Assembly: GCA_001643675.2 (NCBI GenBank)
Contig: LSRY02000007.1
Location: forward strand, 124,001-188,000
Direction of reading: 5' to 3'
From: Monocercomonoides exilis PA203
Lineage: Eukaryota; Protista; Preaxostyla
Length of the DNA stretch: 64,000 bases
Below, in pieces: positions 34,001 to 44,000 of the stretch. Position 1 is the first letter of the stretch, and each line of letters starts with the position of its first letter. A program made the translations under genes and the position numbers. Below the pieces are notes generated by a model. The model worked only from the letters and a program-made list of their open reading frames with translations. It was not told the DNA's origin and did no database searches.

Positions 34001-37000
34001 CTGCCGCTGGCTGTGTTCTTCATTGAAAAGGACAAATGGATCATGTCATCGAATGAAGATGGCTTTGATGTAGATCATTGCGGATACCTCTTCTTTCCCT
34101 GCGGAACAATAAAACATGCAATTGACCTTAATCCAACAACTTCCACTTCCACTTCAGAATCTTCTTCTCCTTCTCATTCTTCTCGTGTGAATGCAACACC
34201 AGTCAAAACAAGAGTATTCATCTACAAAGGAATTACGATGAGTGAAAAGATCACATTCGATGCTTCGTCCAATGACATTGTGCATTTAGTCGGTGGAGAT
34301 TTCTACAACACAAGATTATCTGATGCTTTTGACCCAAATGTATTTATGGAGCAGCTGAACCCCACAACTGGCAGCTCTTCTTCTGCATCATCTTCAGAAT
34401 GGCAATATCGCGTCTCTTCTCAATCAGCCCCAGAAACCTCTCTTGTGAAAGTGACATCTTCTGCTGCCTTTTTGATTCAAGGCACATCCGCCTCATCTGG
34501 TTTTTCTGCTCCCACGTCGCATTTCCTCGTTGACTGCTTCACTTTCTCCCTTCCGTCCATCCATGAAGTTGCTGCTTCCTCAACAGACTCGCTCTTCAAA
34601 GTCTCCCGAGGAGACAACACAGGCAATGTTCTTCTGCTCATCACCCGCTGCGGTGTTGCAATGCAGAGTGGCGTGTCATCCATTTCGTACCCACTCTTCC
34701 AAGTGCTCGATGGGAAGCTTGTTGTTGGCACACTCACTGTCAGCAACGTCGTGTTCAACGGAGCTCCGTTTGTGTCTGTTGCGCTGGGTGCAGCGTCTCC
34801 TGCAGTCGCCATTCCGCCCACAGCACATTTGGACTCTCTTATTTTCGATTCCACTTCTTCTTCTTCATCTGTTGCAGACACTGTGCTGATTGATGTAGGA
34901 CAGAAATGCAGTGTGATTGTGAACAACTCAAGGATGACTGGGTGTCATCTCGGCAAGTCGAGCTTCATCGGAGCAAACCAGGCATCAAATGTGGTGCTGA
35001 AGAATTCGACTTATCAGAGCGATCAGAATAACAACGGAAACGGTACGTTTGTGAAGGGAAATGCAGTGCAGGATGGGCAGTATGTGGTGGTCGATGGCTG
35101 CACTTTCATCGACTGCAATGCCACCGGAGCGAATTGTGGAGGCGGGTGCGTGTTTGCAAGGCTTTTTGATACAGGGAATTTGACAGTGAAGCATTCTTCA
35201 TTCAGACAGTGCAGAGTGAACCAGGCAAGTGGACGAGGAGGAGCTATTTTGCTAATCTTGGACGACAGTTCCACGGACAATTTTGTATTTTCATTTGACT
35301 ACTTCAAAGACGATGTTGCATTCAAAGGGAAAGACATCTTCATCTACTGCCGATCGCTCATCCGCTGTGCAACCATGGCACGCTTTGACTTTTCAATGGC
35401 ACAGGCAGCGCTGGTCAGAGAGAACTCTCTGTATGGCGTGGGCACTGTGGACTTTCCCACAGACACAAATCTCTTCACCATCTGGGAGTTCAACAGAAGC
35501 ATTGTATATGTTTCGAATGAGATATATGCAGAGGACTTCCCACTTTGCGGATCGGCTGCTTTTCCCTGCCGAAGCGTGGAATATGCAGCCAATCAGGCGA
35601 GCGGAGACTTGCAGCAGATTGTTGTGTGGGAGAAGACGCAGCTGACTACAAAAGTTCCGATGGACGAGAAGAGATTCATTGCACACCCTGGAACAAGAGG
35701 AGAAGTCGCTATTGAACCGGCTGCTTCTGCAGTGCCATCAGGCGATGAAGGTATTTTGCAGGTGACTTCAGCATATATGCTCGTTCAGGACTTGAATGTG
35801 CTTCTTAAAGTGAACATAAAATACAATATTTTAATGAGAGCAGAAGGCATTGACGCAGAAATGGATGTGTTTGGCGTGTCGTTCAAGTTGAATCCAGCTG
35901 ACTATCCGTCTGGCATTCCTACCCCATCTCCTTCTCTTTCCTACTCGATCATTTACATCAATGGGGGCAAAATGACAATGAAGGAGTGCTCATTCAGCAC
36001 ATTTTCGCTATCTTCTCCAATTCAGAAGATTATTTCTGTGATTCCGCCAGAGTCTGTTCCGCATGATCCATCTATTCCTGTCCCTGCTCATCAGGACATT
36101 ACAATCACACACACATCCTTCACAGACATTGCCCGCACTCACATTGCTGATGGCAGTAACGATGTTGCGTGCGTCTTCACTTCATCTTCTTCAACACGTC
36201 TTAATCTCTCTTTGGCAAACTGCTCGTTCGTTCGGTGCATTTCATGGGCTGAGAAGGGAAGTGTGATGAACCTCGATAAATGTGAGGTGTTGATGGAATA
36301 TTGCTTATTTGAAGGAAACGGAGAAATTATCACCTCTTCAAGCGGAAGCGAAATGAGCTCAAATGAAAACGAAGAGGTAGAAACTGCAGGCGAATCAAAT
36401 ACTCAATTCATATTTCCTTCTATTCATTCATCACGTTTCGCGAATCCTGACTCATCTTCGCCTCTTTGTTCTTTTTCTGGCTCGCTTGTGCATGTTTCCT
36501 CATCTCCAAAAGCCACATTCATTCAGACGGCATTTACTCGCTCTCCAAAAGGAGCGTTGACGATTCACAATTCCGATGCGTCATTCACAATGGTGGAGTT
36601 CTCTCAGAATCATCATCCTTCATTTGATGCGAACTATCAGCAGGTTGGACACAACATCCGCTGCTCTGTGGATGCTGCTTCGCTTCCAGCTGGTGTGGTT
36701 GGAGAAGTCACACTGAATTCTCTCAGAAACGGCGATGGCCATCAAATCAACACGTCATTCTGGATGGTGAATGAGGGATGCACTTTAAAGGGGAAGCTGG
36801 CAAGGCAGAGAAAATCACTTCATTTCATTCCCATTCTCAGCAGCATAAATGTTGTTGACGAAGGAGAAGACGTGGATGTGTACAAAGCAGAAATAGAAGG
36901 ATCAAATCTGCTGCCATGCAATGTCACAGGACAGATACGATATTACCACGAAAACCACACGAACGAAACACAAGAAATTGAGATAACAGAATTTGTCAGC

Positions 37001-38650
37001 CAAGAAAAGGTGATCATAAATGTTCCTAAAGCAGATGTTGATGGAGCGCCAAATGGAACCGAAGTTGCGCTTTGTATTCTGTTTTGGAGTGCATCATCCA
37101 CAACGCCAACGCCTTCTTCTTCTCATTCTAAATCTAATTCTCTTCCAAACGATCTCACGAAGTTTGAATCAAATTATGTGGTTGTCAAATACGGCAAGTA
37201 CACTCCTGTTCCAGAGCCAGAGCCAGAACCAGAACCAGAACCCGATCCTGATCCTGAGCCTGAGCCCCCACCACCTCCTCCGCCACCTCCGGTGACAAAC
37301 AACACAATCAATAACACTATCACAAACACGAATGACGTTCCCAGCAAAGGCAGCAATCTTCTTTGGCTGGTGATTTTGCTGGGGGTGCTGCTTGTGGTGA
37401 GTGTTGTTGTGGTGGTAATAATCATTCTGGTAAAGAGGAAGAAGAAAGAAGGTGAATATGCGCTGAATGAGGTTGGGATTCAGACGAAAGAGCTGCTGGA
37501 CAAAGAAGGAGAAGGAGGAGAAGACGGAATTGAGGTGGAAGTGGATGTTGGAGACGTGGTGCTTCTGGTGTCGCCGAAGGGAAGAGGAGGAAGATTCGAC
37601 CGGCTGAGCGGAGAGAAAGACGACGATAGCTTTAACTTTGGCGAGAACGATGTTGATGCTGAGTTGAACGATCTCAAAAATATTGACGATTCAAAGGAAA
37701 CACTTGGAAAATCATTGAAATCTATTTCTTCTTCTTCTTCTTATGCCACATCATCCGCATCTACATCCTCCTCATCTTCCACCTCCACTTCCAAAGCCAC
37801 ATCATCTCCATTCATGCCAATTGAGCTTCTTGCCGAAAGCACTTCTTCGATGGGAGAAGTGAAAGGACAAAAGCAGAAAGGCACTTCATCCTCTTCGTCT
37901 TCATCCAATTCTGCTGCCTCTTCGTCTGCTCCGCCTTCGAAAGTGACATTTGCTGTGGACACAGCAACTGCCTCATCGAAGAAGAAAGACAAGGGAAAAG
38001 GGAAAGCAAAAGGCAAACCTGGAAAAGACCTCAAGATTTCAACCAAACGCACTTTGGCTACTATTCCTTCAGCTGTCCCAGAATCTTATGCATCCAACGA
38101 TGATAAACAGAAAGAGAACTCTTCTGATCCTTCTTCTCAGCAAAAAGCCAAATATCTTCGTTCTCTTGGATTAAACGAGAAAGAAATTTCAGAGCTGAGC
38201 AAAGTTTTGGATGAAGACGAAATGAAAATGATGTCAAAAGAAGAAATTCTCAGTCTTATAAGAGATTCTCATACAAGTGCAGGAAGAGACGAAATCCACA
38301 CCTCCGATGGGTCTTCTTCTGCAGATGAGGCATTCAATGACCACTCGTTCTTCTCTCTCCCGTCTCCCTCTACTCCACGCTCCACATTCAGCCAGGATTC
38401 ACAGCGGTCGACGCAGCAGCTGCTGAGCAAGAGGCCTGTCTCAGGTGCTTCGACAACTTCGAACGACGGAGCATTGCTTTCTCCACGTACCGAGGCGATG
38501 CAGCTGTCTTCAATCATTTCGACAACTTCAATGTCGGGTGATGGCTCAGATTCGGTGAATGATGTGCTTGGGATGCTGGGAGATGACATCGACTTGGACG
38601 AGATTGATCTTGATGATCTGCTGGGCGCAATGGAAGATGTGGAGCTGTAG
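31016..38650 (+). CDS. Giant type I membrane surface protein with pectin-lyase-like/PMP-like (GGAI, FxxC/N) repeats
   Basis: Uninterrupted ORF of about 2,540 aa with signal-like N-terminus, repeated GGA(I/L/M) and F..C motifs, D..CG....PC motifs, PEPEPD/poly-Pro stalk, TM LLWLVILLGVLLVVSVVVVVIIILV then KRKKK, and a Ser-rich acidic tail. Confidence 0.85.
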   Translation: MIHNLQLLLRIIFIVVYTFDASTFSLDVYFNNTKSHDTIRNNLIELQKGKFITAGRKLEDGLFSIIGGPDLSTVIMSPSKNYLFSLSNFSLTFDSVKLVGNTVTSVIDLDAASLLTLRDTTIENPISKTSTFLSSGTVNLRNISLSFTFDHDRTIRSLIDSKVEAGKASLTFSEFRDLQVVKGSSLLCSPKLSNSIESFVNFENISRPYWVNSFETKFSVKSRSLTHSSRMIGCECLNCEDAFYGVCSVGSMGNKFISENSSFIRSFTTTTNQSIGSALPVFQSGTVEFFDCNFSACHRTAEPGGGGICVNGSYITFKLERCIFEDCYVESKDNKIRGGCAYAVSPFGDFAVNNCTFRRGENRKAAYGWSNFSHSGGLVMMNMTTCVMSNCLFDKCRSGLGGALNVEHQKAGTVFDTNNFTECEAYGMYGGCFHTYGAQGEFSFHSCLFQGNKAKTLGGALEMWNSNGHGAMKVSYCYFIGNRVDSSMGNDVYLDSSFNRDTIRQLFMASFSTSDRPHLFFCQESTNDCPRGDEEYQILPYPPYRNVTAKFEGGVNEYYCGNNSWNGIKPTESHISIPNINEDLTYYTTTYIECKTIEFSLTRWNPFINQTIYIFGDLFTEKNLSVDWKIITIRGESFIQPSPGAPDPAEDFSLSVPAPSPINSITASDSTTTTSLFNVDAGKLRLLGVALIPNSQLNLFTINENGYLCVQGCVVQPTVTSFLSSLRTSNMPSSSSASSHFSDKVFHFFDQSSSFSPLYTSSNALQAKTLFQLSGCTALIFNTKFETFTFGDATAVKCLDVKEVSITHNNFTYLSRSVSSGAAINVEATTSALSSAAGTATVSIDSCSFSDCITTEASSTEVGGSALYITLRANTQWKVNGSSFTNCLAPVASSPTSSLASDSNGRGGAMRFVLLGTLCDFEIKTPTFLGNNAHRGRNIFVRSDQLAVDVRNETVPFFEHDQARKYFPPSAILPPESNFNPKELSGSQSDKPEAILPLAVFFIEKDKWIMSSNEDGFDVDHCGYLFFPCGTIKHAIDLNPTTSTSTSESSSPSHSSRVNATPVKTRVFIYKGITMSEKITFDASSNDIVHLVGGDFYNTRLSDAFDPNVFMEQLNPTTGSSSSASSSEWQYRVSSQSAPETSLVKVTSSAAFLIQGTSASSGFSAPTSHFLVDCFTFSLPSIHEVAASSTDSLFKVSRGDNTGNVLLLITRCGVAMQSGVSSISYPLFQVLDGKLVVGTLTVSNVVFNGAPFVSVALGAASPAVAIPPTAHLDSLIFDSTSSSSSVADTVLIDVGQKCSVIVNNSRMTGCHLGKSSFIGANQASNVVLKNSTYQSDQNNNGNGTFVKGNAVQDGQYVVVDGCTFIDCNATGANCGGGCVFARLFDTGNLTVKHSSFRQCRVNQASGRGGAILLILDDSSTDNFVFSFDYFKDDVAFKGKDIFIYCRSLIRCATMARFDFSMAQAALVRENSLYGVGTVDFPTDTNLFTIWEFNRSIVYVSNEIYAEDFPLCGSAAFPCRSVEYAANQASGDLQQIVVWEKTQLTTKVPMDEKRFIAHPGTRGEVAIEPAASAVPSGDEGILQVTSAYMLVQDLNVLLKVNIKYNILMRAEGIDAEMDVFGVSFKLNPADYPSGIPTPSPSLSYSIIYINGGKMTMKECSFSTFSLSSPIQKIISVIPPESVPHDPSIPVPAHQDITITHTSFTDIARTHIADGSNDVACVFTSSSSTRLNLSLANCSFVRCISWAEKGSVMNLDKCEVLMEYCLFEGNGEIITSSSGSEMSSNENEEVETAGESNTQFIFPSIHSSRFANPDSSSPLCSFSGSLVHVSSSPKATFIQTAFTRSPKGALTIHNSDASFTMVEFSQNHHPSFDANYQQVGHNIRCSVDAASLPAGVVGEVTLNSLRNGDGHQINTSFWMVNEGCTLKGKLARQRKSLHFIPILSSINVVDEGEDVDVYKAEIEGSNLLPCNVTGQIRYYHENHTNETQEIEITEFVSQEKVIINVPKADVDGAPNGTEVALCILFWSASSTTPTPSSSHSKSNSLPNDLTKFESNYVVVKYGKYTPVPEPEPEPEPEPDPDPEPEPPPPPPPPPVTNNTINNTITNTNDVPSKGSNLLWLVILLGVLLVVSVVVVVIIILVKRKKKEGEYALNEVGIQTKELLDKEGEGGEDGIEVEVDVGDVVLLVSPKGRGGRFDRLSGEKDDDSFNFGENDVDAELNDLKNIDDSKETLGKSLKSISSSSSYATSSASTSSSSSTSTSKATSSPFMPIELLAESTSSMGEVKGQKQKGTSSSSSSSNSAASSSAPPSKVTFAVDTATASSKKKDKGKGKAKGKPGKDLKISTKRTLATIPSAVPESYASNDDKQKENSSDPSSQQKAKYLRSLGLNEKEISELSKVLDEDEMKMMSKEEILSLIRDSHTSAGRDEIHTSDGSSSADEAFNDHSFFSLPSPSTPRSTFSQDSQRSTQQLLSKRPVSGASTTSNDGALLSPRTEAMQLSSIISTTSMSGDGSDSVNDVLGMLGDDIDLDEIDLDDLLGAMEDVEL

Positions 38651-39850
38651 GTGCATGGTAGCTGTAACCTTTCATTTTGTTTTAAGTTTTACAGATCCTT
38701 TAACTTATAAATATTAGTTACAATTTCTTCATTTCACAATTGAATTGCGCAATTTTTACAATTATTTAATGTTTTCCTAAATATTTAATTTTATTTTGAA
38801 TTATGAATTCACATTTTTTTTCATGAATGGAAAGTGTTTCTTTTGTTTGTGATTTTAGCTTTATTCTAATGTTTTTAAAATATTTTCAATGTTTTCAGTT
38901 TTTAAAAGTCAAAACTATTTTAACAATTACAATTATTAAAGATACAGAGATATAATCAACCATTTCACTTCATCTCTTAATATCTTTTGTGATTTTTAGA
39001 TATTGTCTTAATATTTGTTTTTATACAGTTATAAATAAATCTTTTTCAAAAGATTAAAACGTTATTTTGCATTCTCTTGTGTAATTTCTTTTTGCGCTTG
39101 CCTCCTCTGTTGAATTCATAAATCTGATTTTTATTCTACGCATTTTATAGTTTAACATATATGGTCTTATTTATTCTTTATTCATTTTTTTGAGTCTTGC
39201 TTTGCAATGAAGCTTTTGAAAAAAATATTTTTTTTGAACAGCCTTTTTATTTTTTTAAAAAAATAAGTCAAAACTTAAAATACAAAGTTATTTACAAGAG
39301 TCTTTGCACTTTTTCATAAAGATTTGAAAAAGAAGATGAGTGCAACTGAGATTGAGATTCTCACAAATTGAAGAATAACTTCGATCACTCGCGGGTATTT
39401 TGGCTATTTCTCTACAATAATGGACCTTTGTTCAAAAAAAAAAAAAAAAAAACTGCCATACTGAAGACTTGTGTTTGCTCGATATTCTGTGATAGCAATT
39501 CTTTTTGATAATGTTCTTTCATTAATCGAAAATTTGTTGATATTTCCTTCATCGAATTGTCATTCGACAAATCTTTTATCTTGAAACCATTTTCAAATAC
39601 TGCTGTTGTAATGATTGTATTTAAGACTATGTTGCATTTGGAAATAGAATTTCTCATTCATTATCTGAACTTATTAACAATTTCTATTTTGTTTGAGATG
39701 ATGTTTTTTGGAAAAAAAAAAGATCATTCCAATAGAAAATAGGTCTATTCCTTTTTTCAAAACTTGAATTCACTTTTCTCGACAATCAAATTTCAAAACT
39801 CAATGAATTCCACTCATAACAAAAAATTCAACATGAGAAATAATTAAATA

Positions 39851-40861
39851 GGGCTATAATTTTATCTTGACCTTTTTTCTTTATCTTGACCTTTTTCTTT
39901 TTTGCAATGCTTTTAGCTTTGCACAAGTCTGCGATAAATAAAAAATAACCAGAAATGTTTGAAATGTTTCAATTTCCTTATTCTATATTTTTTTTTCAAT
40001 ATTTCTTGTTTTTCAAAAGGATCGAGGATAATAAAAACTTTATGTTTTGATCATTGACTTGCTGCTTTTCCAGCGAATACTTATTATCAGAAGTTCTGAG
40101 CTTTCAAATCATAATACAATGTTTCTTTTTTTGTATGATTTAGTTGTTTCAAACTTTCTCAACTTGTTTTTTTAACATTTTTTCTCATTTCATACATTTT
40201 TTCAAAAAACACGATTTAAAGGACATATAGGAATTTGTTTTGAAATCTATTGAAATGATAAATAAACATTATTAAAATAAAACGATTCTTGTGTGAAAAA
40301 ATGATTATTTGTTTGTATATGTTTGGTAATTAAAATAACAAAAAAATCATACATACTTGCTTTTTAGTTAATATTCTAGAAAAGTTCATTTTCATTTCAA
40401 AACTTAATACAAATAAACGATAATCAAGACTTTGAGTATTTTTTTCATTTAAATAAAATTTGACTCAAACACTTGTTTATTAAAAAAATCGTGTTTTAAG
40501 CAAAAACAGTGATATGAGAAAAAAAGGTCAAAAATAAAATTGAAAAAGTGAAAAACAAGTTAAAATATTAATATAGGAGTGTAGAATTATGATGTTGTGG
40601 CTTAAAACGTTCAGTATAAAATATTCGCTTCAAAGCCAGCAAGTCTTTGATCTGGGTCCTAAAATAATAAAATTTTTGAATATTTTTTTGAACATAAAAA
40701 TCTCAAAAAATTTTTGAACAGAATTCTGAAAAACAAAAATATCAAAAAGTCTATTTATTTTGTTTTTGTTTTTAGCCTTTTCACAAATCAACAAAGCAAA
40801 AATAAGTTTCAAATTAATAGGGTTGAGATAAAAAATTGAGGTCAAGATAAAATATGCACCC
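39851..40861. mobile_element. Non-autonomous TIR element of about 1.0 kb with TA flanks (Tc1/mariner/pogo-type)
   Basis: Left end GGGCTATAATTTTATCTTGACC versus reverse complement of the right end GGGTGCATATTTTATCTTGACC. TA on both sides; subterminal repeat TTATCTTGACC; AT-rich non-coding interior. Confidence 0.55.
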
Positions 40862-41077
40862 TAGAGATCTAATAGTTCGCATTCACATCCACAAAAAACA
40901 ATTCAATGAACAAGAAATTGCTTCATAACCCAATTGAAGTCGTAGCAAGCACGCCACAAACAGAAAACAACAATTGATGCATTTTTTTAGTAAAAAAAGA
41001 CCTCATTTCATTTTCAGAATAACGAAAAATCAAAACAATCTCCATCTTATTATTAACCAACAAACTCCTTCTCTTCT

Positions 41078-44000
41078 TCATTTGTTCATGCTTTCAATCA
41101 GTTTTCTTGCCTCTGCTGACACACTCAACTCCTCTTCCTCTGACATCATGTTGTATCCAATCGCATCTGACATCGTCACTATCACTGTGCCTGCAGGAAA
41201 GTGCTGGATAAACTCTCTCTTCAGCACATTCAGCTCCACACGCTCGCATCCTCTCTCTGACACGCAGCTCTTCACAACTGCCTCGAATGTGTTCCCTGAA
41301 ACCCCCTTTATGTCTGGCCTCTCCCCATTCACAATCTTCTGCCCAGCCACCACTGCCTCATATTCTCCAAACGGGATCTTCAGGGTCAGGCACTCCCACA
41401 ACATCATCCCAATCGAGAATGAAACGGACTCCTTTGTTGCTCCCATCTTCTTGTTCATCTGCAGCTCTGGTGCCTTCCACCTCAGGCACTCCTTCCTGTT
41501 GTCATCCTCATCCTCAAAGGCTGATGAAGGTGGTGGTGAACCTCGACCATTCCTGTTGGCAGATGAGAAGTCAGAGGAAGATGTGATGATCGTGGAGGCG
41601 GAGGAGATGGATGAGGAATCTGAATCATCTGAAGAGAAGTCGGAATGCTTGGCAATGCAGATGATCATGTGCTCCGAGAACAACACAATGTGAGGACTCA
41701 GATTGGCAAGAGATGACAGCTCGTCTTCTTCATTCTCAAGTGAGTGGAGTGCCCCATTCGCCACCCAGAACAACACCTGGGCAGCTGTGTGTTCTCTCTC
41801 CTGCAAAGTGCCTATCGCCATCTCCTTCTTCTCATTCCTTCCATGAAGCAGCATGAACAGCGAATCTCTCAGATCCACTATCAGCTTTTCAAACACTGAT
41901 GAACAGGCAATTGCATCCACCAGATTCGACATGGATGAGGTGGTTGGACACAAACTCTCTGATCGAACAAATGTTGAATCTGAATCAGTTGTTGAAGTGG
42001 ATGAAATGGAAGGTGATGGTGATCTCTTTCTCGTTTCCTCCTCAACTTCTTTCTCATCAACTTTCTCCAATGCCCATTCAGGAATCTTATCTGAATCCCT
42101 TCCCAAGATATATTCAGTTGATCCACTCTCAGACAGAAGATGCTCAGATGACTCCGAATGTCCCAAGCTTTTCTCATAAACTCTCTTCTTTATCCTCTCT
42201 TCATTCTTCTTTTCAGCCTCCCTCTCTGCTCTCCTCCACTGCTCTTCAGGAGACATCTCCATCGTAACCATCTCAAATGCCTTTGGGTCCTTCTTCACTG
42301 TGTCATTCACAATCTCTTCTAATTCTTCAGTTCTCCTCTTTTGCTTTTTCCATCGAACCGTGACAATTATGGACACAATCAGAACAATAAGGAATAAAAC
42401 AACGAATATAACTGCAATAACAAAGGCCCATGATTTTCCATCTTTTCCTCCTTCAACGATTCTTTCATCTCCTTTTGATTCTGAGATGCTCTTGTTCTTC
42501 AGAATGAATGCCTCAGTTGCGGATGGAGAATCAGCACTCCCAAACAGAACACACACCCTCACTTCTGCTTCACTTGTCACACCTTCAATTGTTTCCACAG
42601 GAACAGACCCATGCACCTCTTCTTCTGAAATGAAACCGCTTGAATCAAACAAATGCTTTTCAACCACTTCCTCATCTCCTTCTGCTGCAACTGTTTCGAA
42701 TGAGAGATTGCAAGGGAGGAGAAGTGATCCTCTGAACACAACATTCACCTTCTCCCCTGACTTTTCAGCTGACACACTCTCCACCTTCGGGATGAAAAAG
42801 GGAGATGCCCTTTCTCCTGCAATCCCTTCCAATGAACATCCTCCATCCAATATCCACAACGAGGAATTATCTTTCACTCCATCACCTCCCTTCAAACTCA
42901 CAACACTCAATTCTGACGAGCCTTCACACAGGATGTTCCTTCTTGCTGATGGATAATTCTGAATTGATGGATTGTTTCCCTCAAATTTTCCTTCAGATAT
43001 CTCAACACATCCACCTGATAACGAAAGCCCTCCTTTCTTCGAGTTGCTGATTGTGGTGTCTTTCATTGTCACATTGCTTGACGTCACATCCACAACAGAT
43101 CCATTCCAACCACATAATTGGTTAAGTTCTTTTTCATTTTCTTCTTCATCTTCTCCAAAAGCATTTTTCTTCTGATGGCTGACTGGATCATCTGTTGTTT
43201 TGCCATCAAACAGACACGACACAACAGACACATCTGAACTGTCTGAAACAGACAACTGGCTTCCTTTCTCAGCTGAAAGCAGACAAAAAGAAAATGAACA
43301 ATTAATCAGATTCACATTTGATTTGTCACTCTCAATCCTCACAACACTCCTGTTGTTATTGCTGTTCTCATTTGATGAAATATTCTCAAAAACTGCTGCA
43401 GATATTCTGAGACTTTCCTTATCTTCATCATTTCTTCTTCCATTTCCATTCATGTTCAGCTCTTCCTTGTTCGTTGAGATCAGACAGCCATTGTTCAATG
43501 AGATGTTGGAACAGTTCATTTTTTCAATCGAGACGCTCGAACTCGATCCTATTGCAACAACATCAGCTGTTGATGTGAGAGACTCCAGAGTCATTTGGGA
43601 AAGCACAATTTCTGATTCATCAGAAAATAAAAGCAAGGATTTTGCAAAAGACAGCCAGCTGAATGATGTCTCACTCATCTTCAGAACTCCTCCCCAAACA
43701 GCCATCACATGTGAATCCAGCTCCAACAAGGCATCGCCTGCTGTGAATGTGCACTGAGACACTTCCAACGATCCATATGATTCAGCGAATACAGCTGAGT
43801 GTGCTGCCTCAAACGAAGAAGCAAATGATATCAGGCAGTTGCGAACTGTGCAATCCTCCTCAAACAGAACCACACTCTGGGCATCTCCTGTGTGTGGAAT
43901 GGTTGTGCTCAGCTGGACTGTTGCCTGCTGCTTTGTCGAAGGCAGGATGGACAGCCCATGCACAGTTGTCTCTGAGAGGAAGGTGGATGAGGTGTTGATG

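Noticed and set aside
39270-39700. Possible small two-exon minus-strand gene
   Set aside because: No motif support and a weak donor; cannot be distinguished from chance or a relic.
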